Assembly (NCBI GenBank): GCA_030610885.1
Contig: JAUWQW010000002.1
Span: forward strand, 7,375-71,374
Direction: 5' to 3'
Length of the DNA stretch: 64,000 bases
Source of the DNA: Candidatus Aminicenantes bacterium
GTDB taxonomy: Bacteria; Acidobacteriota; Aminicenantia; UBA2199
Shown: one piece after another, positions 1 to 10,197 of the stretch
Position numbering within the stretch: the stretch's first letter is position 1
How the letters are laid out: the number at the start of each line of letters is the position of its first letter
The notes under the pieces: generated by a model
Seen by the model: only the letters and a program-made list of their open reading frames with translations
Databases searched by the model: none
What the model was told of the DNA's origin: nothing
Translations under genes and position numbers: made by a program

Positions 1-209
1 AAACCTGACAAATTTCTTTTTAATTTAAGCTGATCTATTTCATTTAGTTTTACAGGTTGTTGTGTTTCTTTATCTGTATTGAAAGTTTCATCTGGAGATT
101 CCTTGACTTCAATCATAGAATTCCAGTTGTTACATTTAGGACATTTACCATAATATTTAGGACTTTGATATCCACATTCAATACATTCAAAAATAGTTTT
201 GTGTTTCAT
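1..209 (-). CDS. radA: DNA repair protein RadA/Sms, N-terminal fragment (gene runs off window start)
   Basis: Reverse-strand ATG at 207-209. Translation MKHKTIFECIECGYQSPKYYGKCPKCNNWNSMIE carries the CxxC...CxxC zinc ribbon typical of the RadA N-terminus. ORF continues beyond position 1. Confidence 0.45.
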   Translation of the reverse strand, partial: MKHKTIFECIECGYQSPKYYGKCPKCNNWNSMIEVKESPDETFNTDKETQQPVKLNEIDQLKLKRNLSG

Positions 210-263
210 TATTTTATGATTTTATAAATAAAAGATAATGATAAGGGTTTCATAAATAAGTGG

Positions 264-2354
264 CTAATTTGATTCAATTATTAATGAGAAGTCTGTAATT
301 TTTGATAACAGCTCATCCAATTTTTGTAATAATGCAATTCTGTTCTCTTTTATTTTATTATCTTCTGCCATTATCAGAACCTTTTCAAAATAATTATCTA
401 TAACAGGTTTCATCTCTATAATTTTTGAACATGCTTGAATATAATTGTCACTAAGGATTAATTCTGTAATCTCAGTTTTTGATTCCTTATAAATCTCAAA
501 AAGGATCTTTTCTTCATCTCCCATAAGAAGATCTTCAGATATGAAAAAAGTATTAAATCCCTTTATTATGTTTTTTAGTCTTTTATGAAGAGTAATTAAT
601 AGGTTAATAGAATCTGTTTCTACTATTTTTGAAACATCTTTTGCTTTTAAGAAACTTTTATAGGCAAATAAGATATCATGTGAATTTATAATTGAATTAA
701 CTACATCATATCTGAAATTTAAAAGATCTCTAAAAATATTTTCTATTCTTGATAAAAATAGTTTCTGTAATTGACTTACAAGTTTTTTTTGGTCTCCTTC
801 ATTTTCAGTAAATTTTTCAGCTGCAAGTTTAATTAATTTATAGAGATCAAAATTCATTTTAAAATCGATTATTACCTTAATTATAGCATTAGTATCTCTT
901 CTTATTCCATAAGGATCTTTTGAACTTGAGACTTTTATACCTTTTGAAACGAATCCAGCAATGTTATCAATTTTATCTGCAATTGACAAGATACCAGCTC
1001 CGATATGGTCTAATTTTTTGTCAGTGAACCCCTTTGGTTCATAGTGTCCATAAACAGATTTCCATAAGTCTTCTTCTGAATCCATCTCCTTTAAATAGAG
1101 TCCTCCCATTATTCCCTGTAATGAAGGAAATTCTCTGACCATTCTTGTTACCAGGTCATTTTTACATAAACAGGAAGCTTGTTTTATATTTTCATACATG
1201 TGGTTGTTATTTGTTTCTTTTACTAGCAATTCAATTAAATAATTCAGCCTTTCTGTTTTATCAAAAAAGGTACCAAGATCATTTTGAAACTTTACTTTTT
1301 TCAAATTTTCTCTTAAGTTAATAAAATTATCTTTTAAGTCATTGTCCCAGAAAAATTTCGCATCTTCAAAGGTTGCCTGGATCACTTTTTCATTTCCATT
1401 AGAAACAAAATGATTCTCATCAGGGATGTTTGAAACACCCACAAAAGTATTTAGAAGGTTATTATTTTTATCATATACAGGTAGTAATTTTTTTTCTTTT
1501 ATCATAAATGTTGAAATTATTTCACTTGGTAATTCCAAATATTTTTTATTAAAGTTGCCTGTGAATACAACTGGGTATTCATTATTATAAATATAGTAAT
1601 TAAGCATTTCGTCATCAATTTTTACATCTACATCAAGATCATACTCTACCTCAGTTATCTCATTTATAATTTTTTCGTCTCTTTCTTTTTCCTTTACAAT
1701 TACAAAATTTTTGTTTAGTTGTTCAATATAATTTTTAAATGAACTAATTTCAATTAAGCTTTCTGATAAAGTAGTATGTCCATTAATAAATTTTGAAGAC
1801 TTAATTCCTGCAAATTCTAATTCAATAAGTTGATTATTAAGTAAACATAGAATGTTTCTTATTGGTCTTATAAAAGGAACTCTTGATTCATTCCATAACA
1901 TTGTTTTCGAGAATGTCAGTTTTCCAAGTATTTCAGGGATGATGTTACAAAGTATATCATAAGCTTTTGGGCCTTCAGTTACTTTATGTATGCAAAGGTA
2001 TAATCCCTTTTTAGTCTCTATTTCAACAATATCTGAGAGTATAACATTGTTAAATTCCATGAATTTTTTTAAAGCAATGGTGGGTTGCCCGTTTTCATCA
2101 ATTGATATTTTTTTAGATGGTCCCAGTATTTGTTCCTCTTTGTCATCAGCCTTTTCACTAATCTCAGAAATATAGATTATAAATCTTCTGTTTGTAGCAG
2201 AGATTTCAATTGATTTGAATTTAACCAGGGTTTCAGCCAATTTTGTTTGAAAATTATCCTTGAGCTGAAAAACTATATTTTTTATTTCAGAAGCTGGTAC
2301 TTCTTCAATACCTAACTCAAATAAAAAATCAGCCATTTTTTTTCTCTGCACCAT
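264..2354 (-). CDS. glyS: glycyl-tRNA synthetase beta subunit
   Basis: 696-aa ORF starting MADFLFELGIEEVP. Length and N-terminus are typical of GlyS. Overlaps the upstream glyQ by 26 bp, as in glyQS operons. Confidence 0.85.
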   Translation of the reverse strand: MVQRKKMADFLFELGIEEVPASEIKNIVFQLKDNFQTKLAETLVKFKSIEISATNRRFIIYISEISEKADDKEEQILGPSKKISIDENGQPTIALKKFMEFNNVILSDIVEIETKKGLYLCIHKVTEGPKAYDILCNIIPEILGKLTFSKTMLWNESRVPFIRPIRNILCLLNNQLIELEFAGIKSSKFINGHTTLSESLIEISSFKNYIEQLNKNFVIVKEKERDEKIINEITEVEYDLDVDVKIDDEMLNYYIYNNEYPVVFTGNFNKKYLELPSEIISTFMIKEKKLLPVYDKNNNLLNTFVGVSNIPDENHFVSNGNEKVIQATFEDAKFFWDNDLKDNFINLRENLKKVKFQNDLGTFFDKTERLNYLIELLVKETNNNHMYENIKQASCLCKNDLVTRMVREFPSLQGIMGGLYLKEMDSEEDLWKSVYGHYEPKGFTDKKLDHIGAGILSIADKIDNIAGFVSKGIKVSSSKDPYGIRRDTNAIIKVIIDFKMNFDLYKLIKLAAEKFTENEGDQKKLVSQLQKLFLSRIENIFRDLLNFRYDVVNSIINSHDILFAYKSFLKAKDVSKIVETDSINLLITLHKRLKNIIKGFNTFFISEDLLMGDEEKILFEIYKESKTEITELILSDNYIQACSKIIEMKPVIDNYFEKVLIMAEDNKIKENRIALLQKLDELLSKITDFSLIIESN

Positions 2355-3183
2355 TTATATATTTTTTTGCAATATTATGTGAAAGATCTCTCATTGTTTT
2401 TATCAATGTAGTTCTTTCAGCTGTTGATATTGCTTTTCTTGCATCTAGAATGTTAAAAGTGTGTGAACATTTTAAAACATAATCATATGCAGGGAGGTAG
2501 AGGTTTGATTCAATTAATCTTTCAGCTTCGTTTTTATATTGATCAAATATATTTCTTAGAAAATCTATATTTGCAACTTCAAAATTGTAGATTGAAAATT
2601 GTTTTTCCTCTTCAGTTCTTAATTCTGAATAAGAAACATTATGCCCCCATTTTAAATTATAAATATTATTCCTTTTATCTAAAAACATTGCTAATCTTTC
2701 TAATCCATAGGTTATCTCAAGTGAATTTGGGTTTAGTTCAATACCTCCAGCCTGCTGAAAATATGTAAATTGGGTGATTTCCAAGCCATCACACATTACT
2801 TGCCACCCAACACCCCAGGCCCCAATTGATGGTGATGCCCAATTATCTTCATCAAATTTAATATCATGACTTCTTATATCTATACCTAAATGATTTAAAC
2901 TCTTTAGAAATAAGCTCTGCCCATTGTCAGGAGCAGGTTTTAAGATGACCTGAAACTGGTTATGTTTTTGAACCCTGTTTGGGTTTTTTGCATATCTCCC
3001 ATCATCTGGTCTTCTTGAAGGCTGCCAAAATGCAACTTCCCAGTGCTTTTTCCTTAAAACTTTGAAAAATGTATCAGGTGTCATTGTGCCTGCACCTACT
3101 TCTGTATCATATCCAGAGGCAATATAACAACCATTTTGAGACCAGAATTCTTGTAATTTAATTATAATATTCTGTAAACTCAT
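2329..3183 (-). CDS. glyQ: glycyl-tRNA synthetase alpha subunit
   Basis: 284 aa. Motifs LQEFWSQNGC, EVGAGTMTPDTF, QPSRRPDDGRYAKNPNRVQKHNQFQV closely match the GlyQ family. Confidence 0.9.
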   Translation of the reverse strand: MSLQNIIIKLQEFWSQNGCYIASGYDTEVGAGTMTPDTFFKVLRKKHWEVAFWQPSRRPDDGRYAKNPNRVQKHNQFQVILKPAPDNGQSLFLKSLNHLGIDIRSHDIKFDEDNWASPSIGAWGVGWQVMCDGLEITQFTYFQQAGGIELNPNSLEITYGLERLAMFLDKRNNIYNLKWGHNVSYSELRTEEEKQFSIYNFEVANIDFLRNIFDQYKNEAERLIESNLYLPAYDYVLKCSHTFNILDARKAISTAERTTLIKTMRDLSHNIAKKYINGAEKKNG

Positions 3184-4625
3184 TATTCACCTAAATTTTC
3201 CCATTTTAGAATATGTTTTCTTGCTGCAAGTACCTCATCTAATCTTGAAACAGGGGTTGTATATGGAGCACCTTTAATGTATTCAGGGTCATTTTTTGCC
3301 TTTTCTAATATTTTTTTCATAACATCAATAAATTCGTCTATTGTTTCTTTACTTTCTGTTTCGGTTGGTTCAATCATCATTGCACCATGAACAATCAAAG
3401 GAAAATATATTGTAAATGGGTGTATCCCGTAATCAAGAAGACTCTTGGCAATATCAAGTGTTGTTACGTTTAGATTATTGTCAGAGAATACAACTTCATG
3501 TAAAGTTTTTGATTTATATGGTAGTTCAAGGAAAGGTTCAAGGCTTTTGCGAATATAATTTGCATTTAAAACAGCATCTTCTGCAACCTTTCTGATATAT
3601 TCTTTACCAATAGACATGAGATAAGTAAGAGCCTTTACTATTACTAAAAAATTGCCATAAAAATTCTTTACTCTTCCAATGCTCTTTTCTTCATGATATT
3701 TTACAAAATAGTTGTTATCTTTTTTATATACAATTGGTGTTGGTAAATACTTGATTAGATATGAAGCTACTCCAACAGGACCTGAACCTGGGCCACCTCC
3801 TCCATGTGGAGTAGAAAATGTTTTATGTAAATTTAAATGCAGTACATCAACTCCCAGGTCTCCAGGTCTGGCAATTCCCATAAATGCATTCATATTTGCT
3901 CCATCCATATATAATAAAGAGCCATTTTTATGAAGTATTTCAGATATTTTGCAGATGTTTTTTTCAAAAATTCCAAGAGTGTTTGGGTTTGTCATCATTA
4001 AAGCAGCAACATCTTCATTTAAATATTCTTTTAATGTCTCAACATCAATAATTCCATCCTTGTTTGAAGGTATCTCTATGATTTCATATCCTGCAAAATG
4101 TGCAGAAGAAGGATTTGTCCCATGTGCTGAGTCTGGTATAAGTATTGTTTTTCTTGGATCTCCTTTTGAGCTCAAGTATTTTTTAATTATCATCATTCCA
4201 GTAATTTCACCATGTGCTCCTGCAGATGGTGTGAGTGTAAATGCTGCCATTGCTGTAATCTTTTTTAGCCATTCCTCAAAAGTTGTTATAATCTCAAGGT
4301 TGCCTTCAACAAATTTATGAGGAGAGTATGGATGTGTGGAAAATTCTTCGAAATTGGCAATTTTCTCATTTATTTTTGGGTTGTATTTCATTGTACAGGA
4401 TCCCAAAGGATAAAAACCTGAGTCAACTGAATGATTTAATTGAGCAAGGTTAGTATAATGTCTTACGACTTCTACTTCAGAAAGTTGAGGAAAATCTTTT
4501 ATATCTTCTCTCAGTTTTTTTTTGTCTATTGTTATTAAGTCATCTGAAAATTCCGTTGGGGAAAAAGAATATCCAATTTTACCTTTTCTGCTTTTTTCAA
4601 AAATTGGTTTTTGTAATTTATTCAT
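3183..4625 (-). CDS. gcvPB: glycine dehydrogenase (decarboxylating) subunit 2, PLP-dependent
   Basis: 480 aa, length and composition of the P-protein C-terminal subunit, with LHLNLHKTFSTPHGGGGPG PLP-lysine region. Sits in the gcv gene cluster. Confidence 0.85.
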   Translation of the reverse strand: MNKLQKPIFEKSRKGKIGYSFSPTEFSDDLITIDKKKLREDIKDFPQLSEVEVVRHYTNLAQLNHSVDSGFYPLGSCTMKYNPKINEKIANFEEFSTHPYSPHKFVEGNLEIITTFEEWLKKITAMAAFTLTPSAGAHGEITGMMIIKKYLSSKGDPRKTILIPDSAHGTNPSSAHFAGYEIIEIPSNKDGIIDVETLKEYLNEDVAALMMTNPNTLGIFEKNICKISEILHKNGSLLYMDGANMNAFMGIARPGDLGVDVLHLNLHKTFSTPHGGGGPGSGPVGVASYLIKYLPTPIVYKKDNNYFVKYHEEKSIGRVKNFYGNFLVIVKALTYLMSIGKEYIRKVAEDAVLNANYIRKSLEPFLELPYKSKTLHEVVFSDNNLNVTTLDIAKSLLDYGIHPFTIYFPLIVHGAMMIEPTETESKETIDEFIDVMKKILEKAKNDPEYIKGAPYTTPVSRLDEVLAARKHILKWENLGE

Positions 4626-5971
4626 TCTGTTTCTCCAATTGCATTTATCAATTTATCTATATCTTTCTTTTTGTGTATTTCTGTGAAATTAATAAGAATT
4701 GAGTTTTCGAAATCTGAATAAAAGTATTTTAAAGGAACACCTGCTATAATATTTTTTTCTTCAAGTTTTGCAATAAAATCTTCTACTTTGTTATTTTTTA
4801 TTTCAAGTACGACTTCATTGTAAAAATCTTTTTTATATTTAATATTAATGTTACTTAATTTTGAAGCCTCTTTTACAAAATATGCTGTATTTAAATGGTT
4901 TGTTTTGGAAATTTCCTTAAGCCCTTTTTGTCCCATAGTTGATAGATATATAGCTGCTCTTAATGCACATAATGCTTGATTTGAGCATATATTTGATGTT
5001 GCTTTTTCTCTTTTTATATGTTGTTCCCTTGTTGATAATGTGAGTACATAACCTTTTCTACCTTTTGTATCAACAGTTTGACCAACAATTCTTCCTGGCA
5101 TTTGTCTGAGAAATTCTTTTTTTGCACCTATAAAACCAAGATAGGGTCCTCCAAAACCAATTGGGATTCCAAAACTCTGGGCTTCTCCTACAATTATGTC
5201 TACACCATTTTCTGCAGCAGGTGTTAAAAAAGCGAGAGACATTGCTTCAGCTGTAACCTGAATTGAGAATATTTCTTTGCTGTGAGTTATATCAGAAATG
5301 GTTTTTGTTTCTTCAATAACTCCTAAAAAGTTGGGGGATTGGAATATGAAGCCTCCACAATTTTCATAAGTCTTTTCTTTAAGTTGATTTAAATCTATCT
5401 TTCCGGTTTCTTTGTCAAATTCAATAAATTTAGCCTCAAAGTTCAGGTTTTGAATATAAGTATGAATAATCTCAATATATTCTGGATGAAGGTTAGAAGC
5501 AATAAGAATACGATTTTTTTTAGATTTTCTTAATGCAAGAAGTACTCCCTCTGCTGCTGCTGTTCCGCCATCATAAAGTGATGAGTTTGAAACATCCATT
5601 CCAGTAAGCATAGTAATCATAGTCTGATATTCAAACATTCCCTGTAAACTTCCCTGACTTACCTCTGCTTGATATGGTGTGTATGGAGTTGATAACTCAC
5701 CTTTACTTATTAAGTAATTCACTACTTCAGGAATAAAATGGTTGTAAGATCCTGCACCTAAAAAGCTTAAGTAATTTGAATATTTATTTTTTTTTGCTAA
5801 TTCTCTAAATTTTATTAAAAGTTGATCTTCTGTAAGAGCTGACGGAATATCATTCATAGAAAAATAGGATTTATCTTTGGGTATATCTGAAAATAACTCT
5901 TTTGTATCTTTTATTCCCAGAAAATTTTTAATTTCTTCCCTTTCAGAATCTGTAAGAGGGAAATATCTCAT
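4622..5971 (-). CDS. gcvPA: glycine dehydrogenase (decarboxylating) subunit 1
   Basis: 449 aa N-terminal P-protein subunit. 4-bp overlap with gcvPB and position between gcvH and gcvPB. Confidence 0.85.
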   Translation of the reverse strand: MRYFPLTDSEREEIKNFLGIKDTKELFSDIPKDKSYFSMNDIPSALTEDQLLIKFRELAKKNKYSNYLSFLGAGSYNHFIPEVVNYLISKGELSTPYTPYQAEVSQGSLQGMFEYQTMITMLTGMDVSNSSLYDGGTAAAEGVLLALRKSKKNRILIASNLHPEYIEIIHTYIQNLNFEAKFIEFDKETGKIDLNQLKEKTYENCGGFIFQSPNFLGVIEETKTISDITHSKEIFSIQVTAEAMSLAFLTPAAENGVDIIVGEAQSFGIPIGFGGPYLGFIGAKKEFLRQMPGRIVGQTVDTKGRKGYVLTLSTREQHIKREKATSNICSNQALCALRAAIYLSTMGQKGLKEISKTNHLNTAYFVKEASKLSNINIKYKKDFYNEVVLEIKNNKVEDFIAKLEEKNIIAGVPLKYFYSDFENSILINFTEIHKKKDIDKLINAIGETE

Positions 5972-5980
5972 CTATTACTC

Positions 5981-6376
5981 CTAAGAAATTCCATTGAGAA
6001 AGTCGTTATATTGATTGTTATTCATTAAATTTTCAATCTCTTTATTATCTTCAATTTTGATTTTAATGATCCAACCCTTTCCATTTGGATCTTTGTTTAT
6101 ATTTTCCGGGTTATTCTCTAATTCTTCATTAACTTCGATAATTTCGCCTGATATAGGCGTATATATATCATCAACTGCTTTAACAGATTCTATATTTGCG
6201 CAAGCGTCACCTTTTTTGACTTTTTTACCAACTAAGGGTAATTCTACATAGACGATATCTCCGAATTCTTTTTGAGCAAAATCTGAGATACCTATTATTC
6301 CGATATCTCCTTCAACTTTTACCCATTCATGTTCTTTTGTAAATTTAAAATCATCTAAATTCATTTTTTCCTCCAA
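5981..6376 (-). CDS. gcvH: glycine cleavage system H protein (lipoyl carrier)
   Basis: 131 aa. Lipoyl-lysine motif ESVKAV and overall GcvH fold signature. Confidence 0.9.
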   Translation of the reverse strand: MEEKMNLDDFKFTKEHEWVKVEGDIGIIGISDFAQKEFGDIVYVELPLVGKKVKKGDACANIESVKAVDDIYTPISGEIIEVNEELENNPENINKDPNGKGWIIKIKIEDNKEIENLMNNNQYNDFLNGIS

Positions 6377-6382
6377 TTAATT

Positions 6383-7477
6383 TTATTTATCTCTTTTATA
6401 AAATGGGGTTTCCACTACTTTAGCAAGAACTTTATTATTTCTTATTTGTATTTGAAATTTTGTACCTATTTCTGTTCTCTCAACAGGTAGATATGTCATA
6501 CCAATTGCTTTTTTTAAATAAGGTGCATAAGTTCCGCTTGTAACTGTTCCATATTCTTTATTGTCAACATATATAGGATAGCCATGTCTTGCTATGCCTC
6601 TGTCTATAAGCTCAAATCCAATAAGTTTTCTGTTTATACCCTCATTTTTTTGTTTTAAAAGAATGTTTTTCCCTATAAAGTCTCCTTTTTTTAATTTTAG
6701 TATCCAGCTTAAGTTTGCTTCCAGAACAGTATGAGAGTTATCAATATCGTTCCCATACAAAGCCATACCTGATTCGAGCCTTAATGTATCTCTGGCACCA
6801 AGTCCAGCGGGTATAACGTTATATTTTCCCCCTTTATCAAGAAGATCTAAAAATAGTTTTGAAGCAGTATCTTCATCTGACTTAATGTAAATTTCAAATC
6901 CATCTTCTCCTGTATATCCGGTTCTTGAGATGATAGAATCGATTCCTTTTACTTCACCTTTTATGAAATGATAATATTTAATTGCGCAAAGGTCTTCTTT
7001 TGTAAATTCAGATAAAAGTTTTTCTGAAACAGGACCTTGTATAGCTATTTGTGAATAATCTGTGCTTTCATTATTTATATCAACATCAAAATGTACTGCC
7101 TTTTCTTTAATCCATTTATAATCTTTGTCTATATTAGATGCATTAACAACTAATAAATATTCATTTTCAGAAAGCATATAAACTAATATGTCATCAACAA
7201 AGCAACCATTTTTTGTGAGTAATGCGGAATATTGGATATTTCCCGGTTTTAGTTTTGCAGCATTGTTTGAAGTAATATATTGAACAGCATCTAAAGCTTG
7301 TTTTCCTCTTAAAAATATTTCACCCATATGGCTGACATCAAAAATTCCTCCATATGTTCTTACTGCATTGTGCTCAGTATTTATACCTGAATATTGAATG
7401 GGCATATCCCATCCTGCAAATTCCACCATCTTCCCATTCAGTATATAGTGCGCTTTGTTTAATTTTGTTTTTTTCAT
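6383..7477 (-). CDS. gcvT: aminomethyltransferase (glycine cleavage T protein)
   Basis: 364 aa, GcvT-like throughout. GGAG Shine-Dalgarno 8 nt upstream of the ATG at 7475-7477. Confidence 0.85.
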   Translation of the reverse strand: MKKTKLNKAHYILNGKMVEFAGWDMPIQYSGINTEHNAVRTYGGIFDVSHMGEIFLRGKQALDAVQYITSNNAAKLKPGNIQYSALLTKNGCFVDDILVYMLSENEYLLVVNASNIDKDYKWIKEKAVHFDVDINNESTDYSQIAIQGPVSEKLLSEFTKEDLCAIKYYHFIKGEVKGIDSIISRTGYTGEDGFEIYIKSDEDTASKLFLDLLDKGGKYNVIPAGLGARDTLRLESGMALYGNDIDNSHTVLEANLSWILKLKKGDFIGKNILLKQKNEGINRKLIGFELIDRGIARHGYPIYVDNKEYGTVTSGTYAPYLKKAIGMTYLPVERTEIGTKFQIQIRNNKVLAKVVETPFYKRDK

Positions 7478-7628
7478 TTAGAATCTCCAGTTCCAAAATT
7501 GTAAATTTATAAATAACATATAAAGCTATAAAAATCAATAATAGATTACAGCTAAGCTATTATGATACCTTTTATTACAAATAGTTTTAACATGTTAAAG
7601 GAATTATTTTTTTATTAAATATCAAAGC

Positions 7629-7658
7629 TTGACAAATAGTTAGTGTTTTATTTATAAT
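7629..7658 (+). promoter_or_regulatory. sigma70-type promoter (TTGACA-N18-TATAAT) for the 7729 gene
   Basis: TTGACA at 7629-7634 and TATAAT at 7653-7658, ~70 nt upstream of the ATG. Confidence 0.4.
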
Positions 7659-7728
7659 CTTTTTTTATATAGAGACTATTTTAGGATAAGTTATTATATA
7701 AAAGAGATACTTAAGTGGAGGAAATCTA

Positions 7729-8730
7729 ATGAAAAAAAAGATTCTTATATTATTAATTACTTTATTTGTTAGTTCATTGTTTTTATTCTCAGATGAGAAA
7801 CAGAGTTCTTGGAAAAATGCCATTTCTGAACAAAATATAGAATTGAGAATGTCCCTACTTGAACAATATGCTGAAAAATATGCACAAGAAGGGGGTTCAA
7901 ATTTAAAAGATCTTTATTATCAATTATCTCTGGATTCATTCAACCTTAAGAAATATGAAAAAACGATCACTTACGGTGAAAAGGCATTGAATTTGAAAGA
8001 TATTAAAGATAGAAATAAACTTCAATTGAATCTTTTACTTGCAAACTCTTATAATGTTACAAAAAAGGATCTTGATAAAGCTTATCATTATGCTGATTTA
8101 GTTCTTGAATTGGCAAAAACAATGAAAGCTAATGAGAATAATACAGACAAATATGATAAAAAATATATTGTACCAGCATTGAGAATTCAGATATTTATTC
8201 TGTATTCAAAAGGTAGAAATAATCCTGAAATGATGGAAAAAGCAGCAGGAAAAGCTACTGAGATTTTTAATAATTATGATAAATCGACAAAATCATCCAA
8301 TATGATTGTTACTCTGGCTAATAATTTGTATAAAATGAAAAAAATCAGAAGTGCTATTAGTGTGTTTGAGCATGTTTGTAATGTTGAAAGACCAAATTAT
8401 AGGTACTTAAGTATGCTTGCTAGCTGGTACAGTAAGATAGATGATAAGGAAAAAGCAGTAAATTGTCTTGAGAGATCTTATAGAATAAGGAAAAATGCAA
8501 AAACTGCTTATAACCTTGGTGTGATGCTTCAAAAGAGGGATATAGATAGAGCCATTAGATATTTAGCTGAAGCTCATATTATGAGACATGAAAATAAGGA
8601 AGCAAAGGACTATAAGTTATTAAGACATTTATATTATAATGTTAAGGCTTCAAAAGACAAAGCCAAAGAAGAATTGGATGCAGGTTTTCAAGAGATAATT
8701 AATTCTGCCAGATCAAGGTTAGGAAAATAA
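7729..8730 (+). CDS. secreted TPR-like repeat protein, function unknown
   Basis: N-terminal signal peptide MKKKILILLITLFVSSLFLFS. Helical repeat composition. AGGAGG-like RBS (GGAGGAAATCTAATG). Confidence 0.5.
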   Translation: MKKKILILLITLFVSSLFLFSDEKQSSWKNAISEQNIELRMSLLEQYAEKYAQEGGSNLKDLYYQLSLDSFNLKKYEKTITYGEKALNLKDIKDRNKLQLNLLLANSYNVTKKDLDKAYHYADLVLELAKTMKANENNTDKYDKKYIVPALRIQIFILYSKGRNNPEMMEKAAGKATEIFNNYDKSTKSSNMIVTLANNLYKMKKIRSAISVFEHVCNVERPNYRYLSMLASWYSKIDDKEKAVNCLERSYRIRKNAKTAYNLGVMLQKRDIDRAIRYLAEAHIMRHENKEAKDYKLLRHLYYNVKASKDKAKEELDAGFQEIINSARSRLGK

Positions 8731-8812
8731 ATAATAAGAGCATTTCCTTTTAAGTTGAAATAGAATAAAGTAAATTTTGTTAATCAAATAGCTTTTTTGT
8801 CTAGAGAAAGGT

Positions 8813-9868
8813 TTACACTACAAGTAGTATTTTACGTTTATCTTCAGTTCGGATTGTGATGTTTTGAGAATCAAAATATTCAAGGACAGGTATTGTATAT
8901 TTCCTTGTTAATGAAGTTAAGTCTTTAAATGATTTTATATCGATTTCTTCACCTTGATTTCTTTTATATTTTTTTAATCTATTTATAATCTTTTTTAATT
9001 CCTCTGAAATAATAAAGTATTTTTCATTTAATTGGACAATCTTTTCTATATTTGTTAAATACCAGAGAGAATTATTTATCTCTCTATTAGATAATGCTGA
9101 TAATTTCAGGATGTTATCTATTGAAAAAATATTTAACCTATTCTTTTTTACGATCAATTCAATTTTTTCTATTGCTATTTTTTCACTTTCAGTTAATGCA
9201 AGTTCCTGAAATATAAGCCTGTCTTTTACTATTTTAAACGAGAAATTATTTGAAACTGAGTTTAGAAGATATCTGAAAAAAATAGATAATTGAGGTATTT
9301 TTAATTTTGACTCTAATTCTGAAAGTTTTATAGTTTTTATTCTGTTTTCATAATAATGAGAAAGTAATGACTTTAAATTCAATAAACAATCCTTAAAGTT
9401 TTTATAAGAAGTTATATACAGGGTATTGTAGTCAATTATTTTAATCTTTTTTTCAAGTTCTTTTTCAATTAAGAGGTCAATAGTCTCTTTTTTATCTAAA
9501 TAGAAGAAGTAAAGCAATTTTTCTACCCTTAAAAAATTTTCAATTTCTAAAAACTCAAATAGTATATTGGTAATTTCCCCTTTTTTTTCTTTCATATCAA
9601 TTCTAATTATAATATCTAATATCTTTCTTACTTTTCTTTTATTATATTTTGATAATAATGGTAATAATATAACTATTTCTTTATTATTGTTTTTGAATTT
9701 GATTTTGTCAAGGAATTTGAGTTCAACTTGATTTTTGAAATATGCTATATATAGATCTTTTTCTATTTTTATGAAGTTTGCACTTCTTGTTTGATCAGAA
9801 ATGGTTAAATTCCCGGTAAAATTTATTTCAGAGTGATTCAATCTAACAAAATAGGAATTAAATTTCAT
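8813..9868 (-). CDS. SelB C-terminal winged-helix-like protein lacking the EF-Tu-like GTPase domains
   Basis: C-terminus LTRKYTIPVLEYFDSQNITIRTEDKRKIL resembles the last winged-helix domain of elongation factor SelB. No G-domain motifs; 351 aa only. Confidence 0.4.
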   Translation of the reverse strand: MKFNSYFVRLNHSEINFTGNLTISDQTRSANFIKIEKDLYIAYFKNQVELKFLDKIKFKNNNKEIVILLPLLSKYNKRKVRKILDIIIRIDMKEKKGEITNILFEFLEIENFLRVEKLLYFFYLDKKETIDLLIEKELEKKIKIIDYNTLYITSYKNFKDCLLNLKSLLSHYYENRIKTIKLSELESKLKIPQLSIFFRYLLNSVSNNFSFKIVKDRLIFQELALTESEKIAIEKIELIVKKNRLNIFSIDNILKLSALSNREINNSLWYLTNIEKIVQLNEKYFIISEELKKIINRLKKYKRNQGEEIDIKSFKDLTSLTRKYTIPVLEYFDSQNITIRTEDKRKILLVV

Positions 9869-9973
9869 CTTTATTTAAGATATTTATATATTAATGAGTT
9901 TATACTTGTAGAAATTGAGTAAGTAAAAGTAAATATCAATTCAATTGAAGAAATCATTTTTCTTAATCTTATG

Positions 9974-10049
9974 TGGGGTGAGTGAGGGGATTTGAACCCC
10001 CAACATTCGGTTCCACAGACCGATACTCTACCCTTGAGCTACACTCACC
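9974..10049 (-). tRNA. tRNA-His (anticodon GTG) with genome-encoded G-1 and CCA
   Basis: Reverse complement folds as a cloverleaf: acceptor GTGAGTG/CACTCAC, D-stem GCTC/GAGT, anticodon stem TCGGT/ACCGA with loop CTGTGGA (GUG), T-arm GGGGG-TTCAAAT-CCCCT. Extra 5' G pairs with discriminator C; CCA encoded. Confidence 0.85.
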
Positions 10050-10197
10050 ACAGAAAACATTCTATATTATTATAGGATGTCTGTCAATATCTCCTGTACA
10101 ATAGAAAATCAGCTTGAGATTAAATTGTTCAATGCTTGGTTTTTTTATGTCATATATGTTATATTTTTGTTTAAATTTAAATTAAGGAGAAATAGTC

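Noticed and set aside
7478-7730. Expected glycine riboswitch in the gcvT leader
   Set aside because: Reverse-strand leader lacks the conserved GGAGAG / ACCGAAGG elements; only a GGAG RBS is present. Not called.
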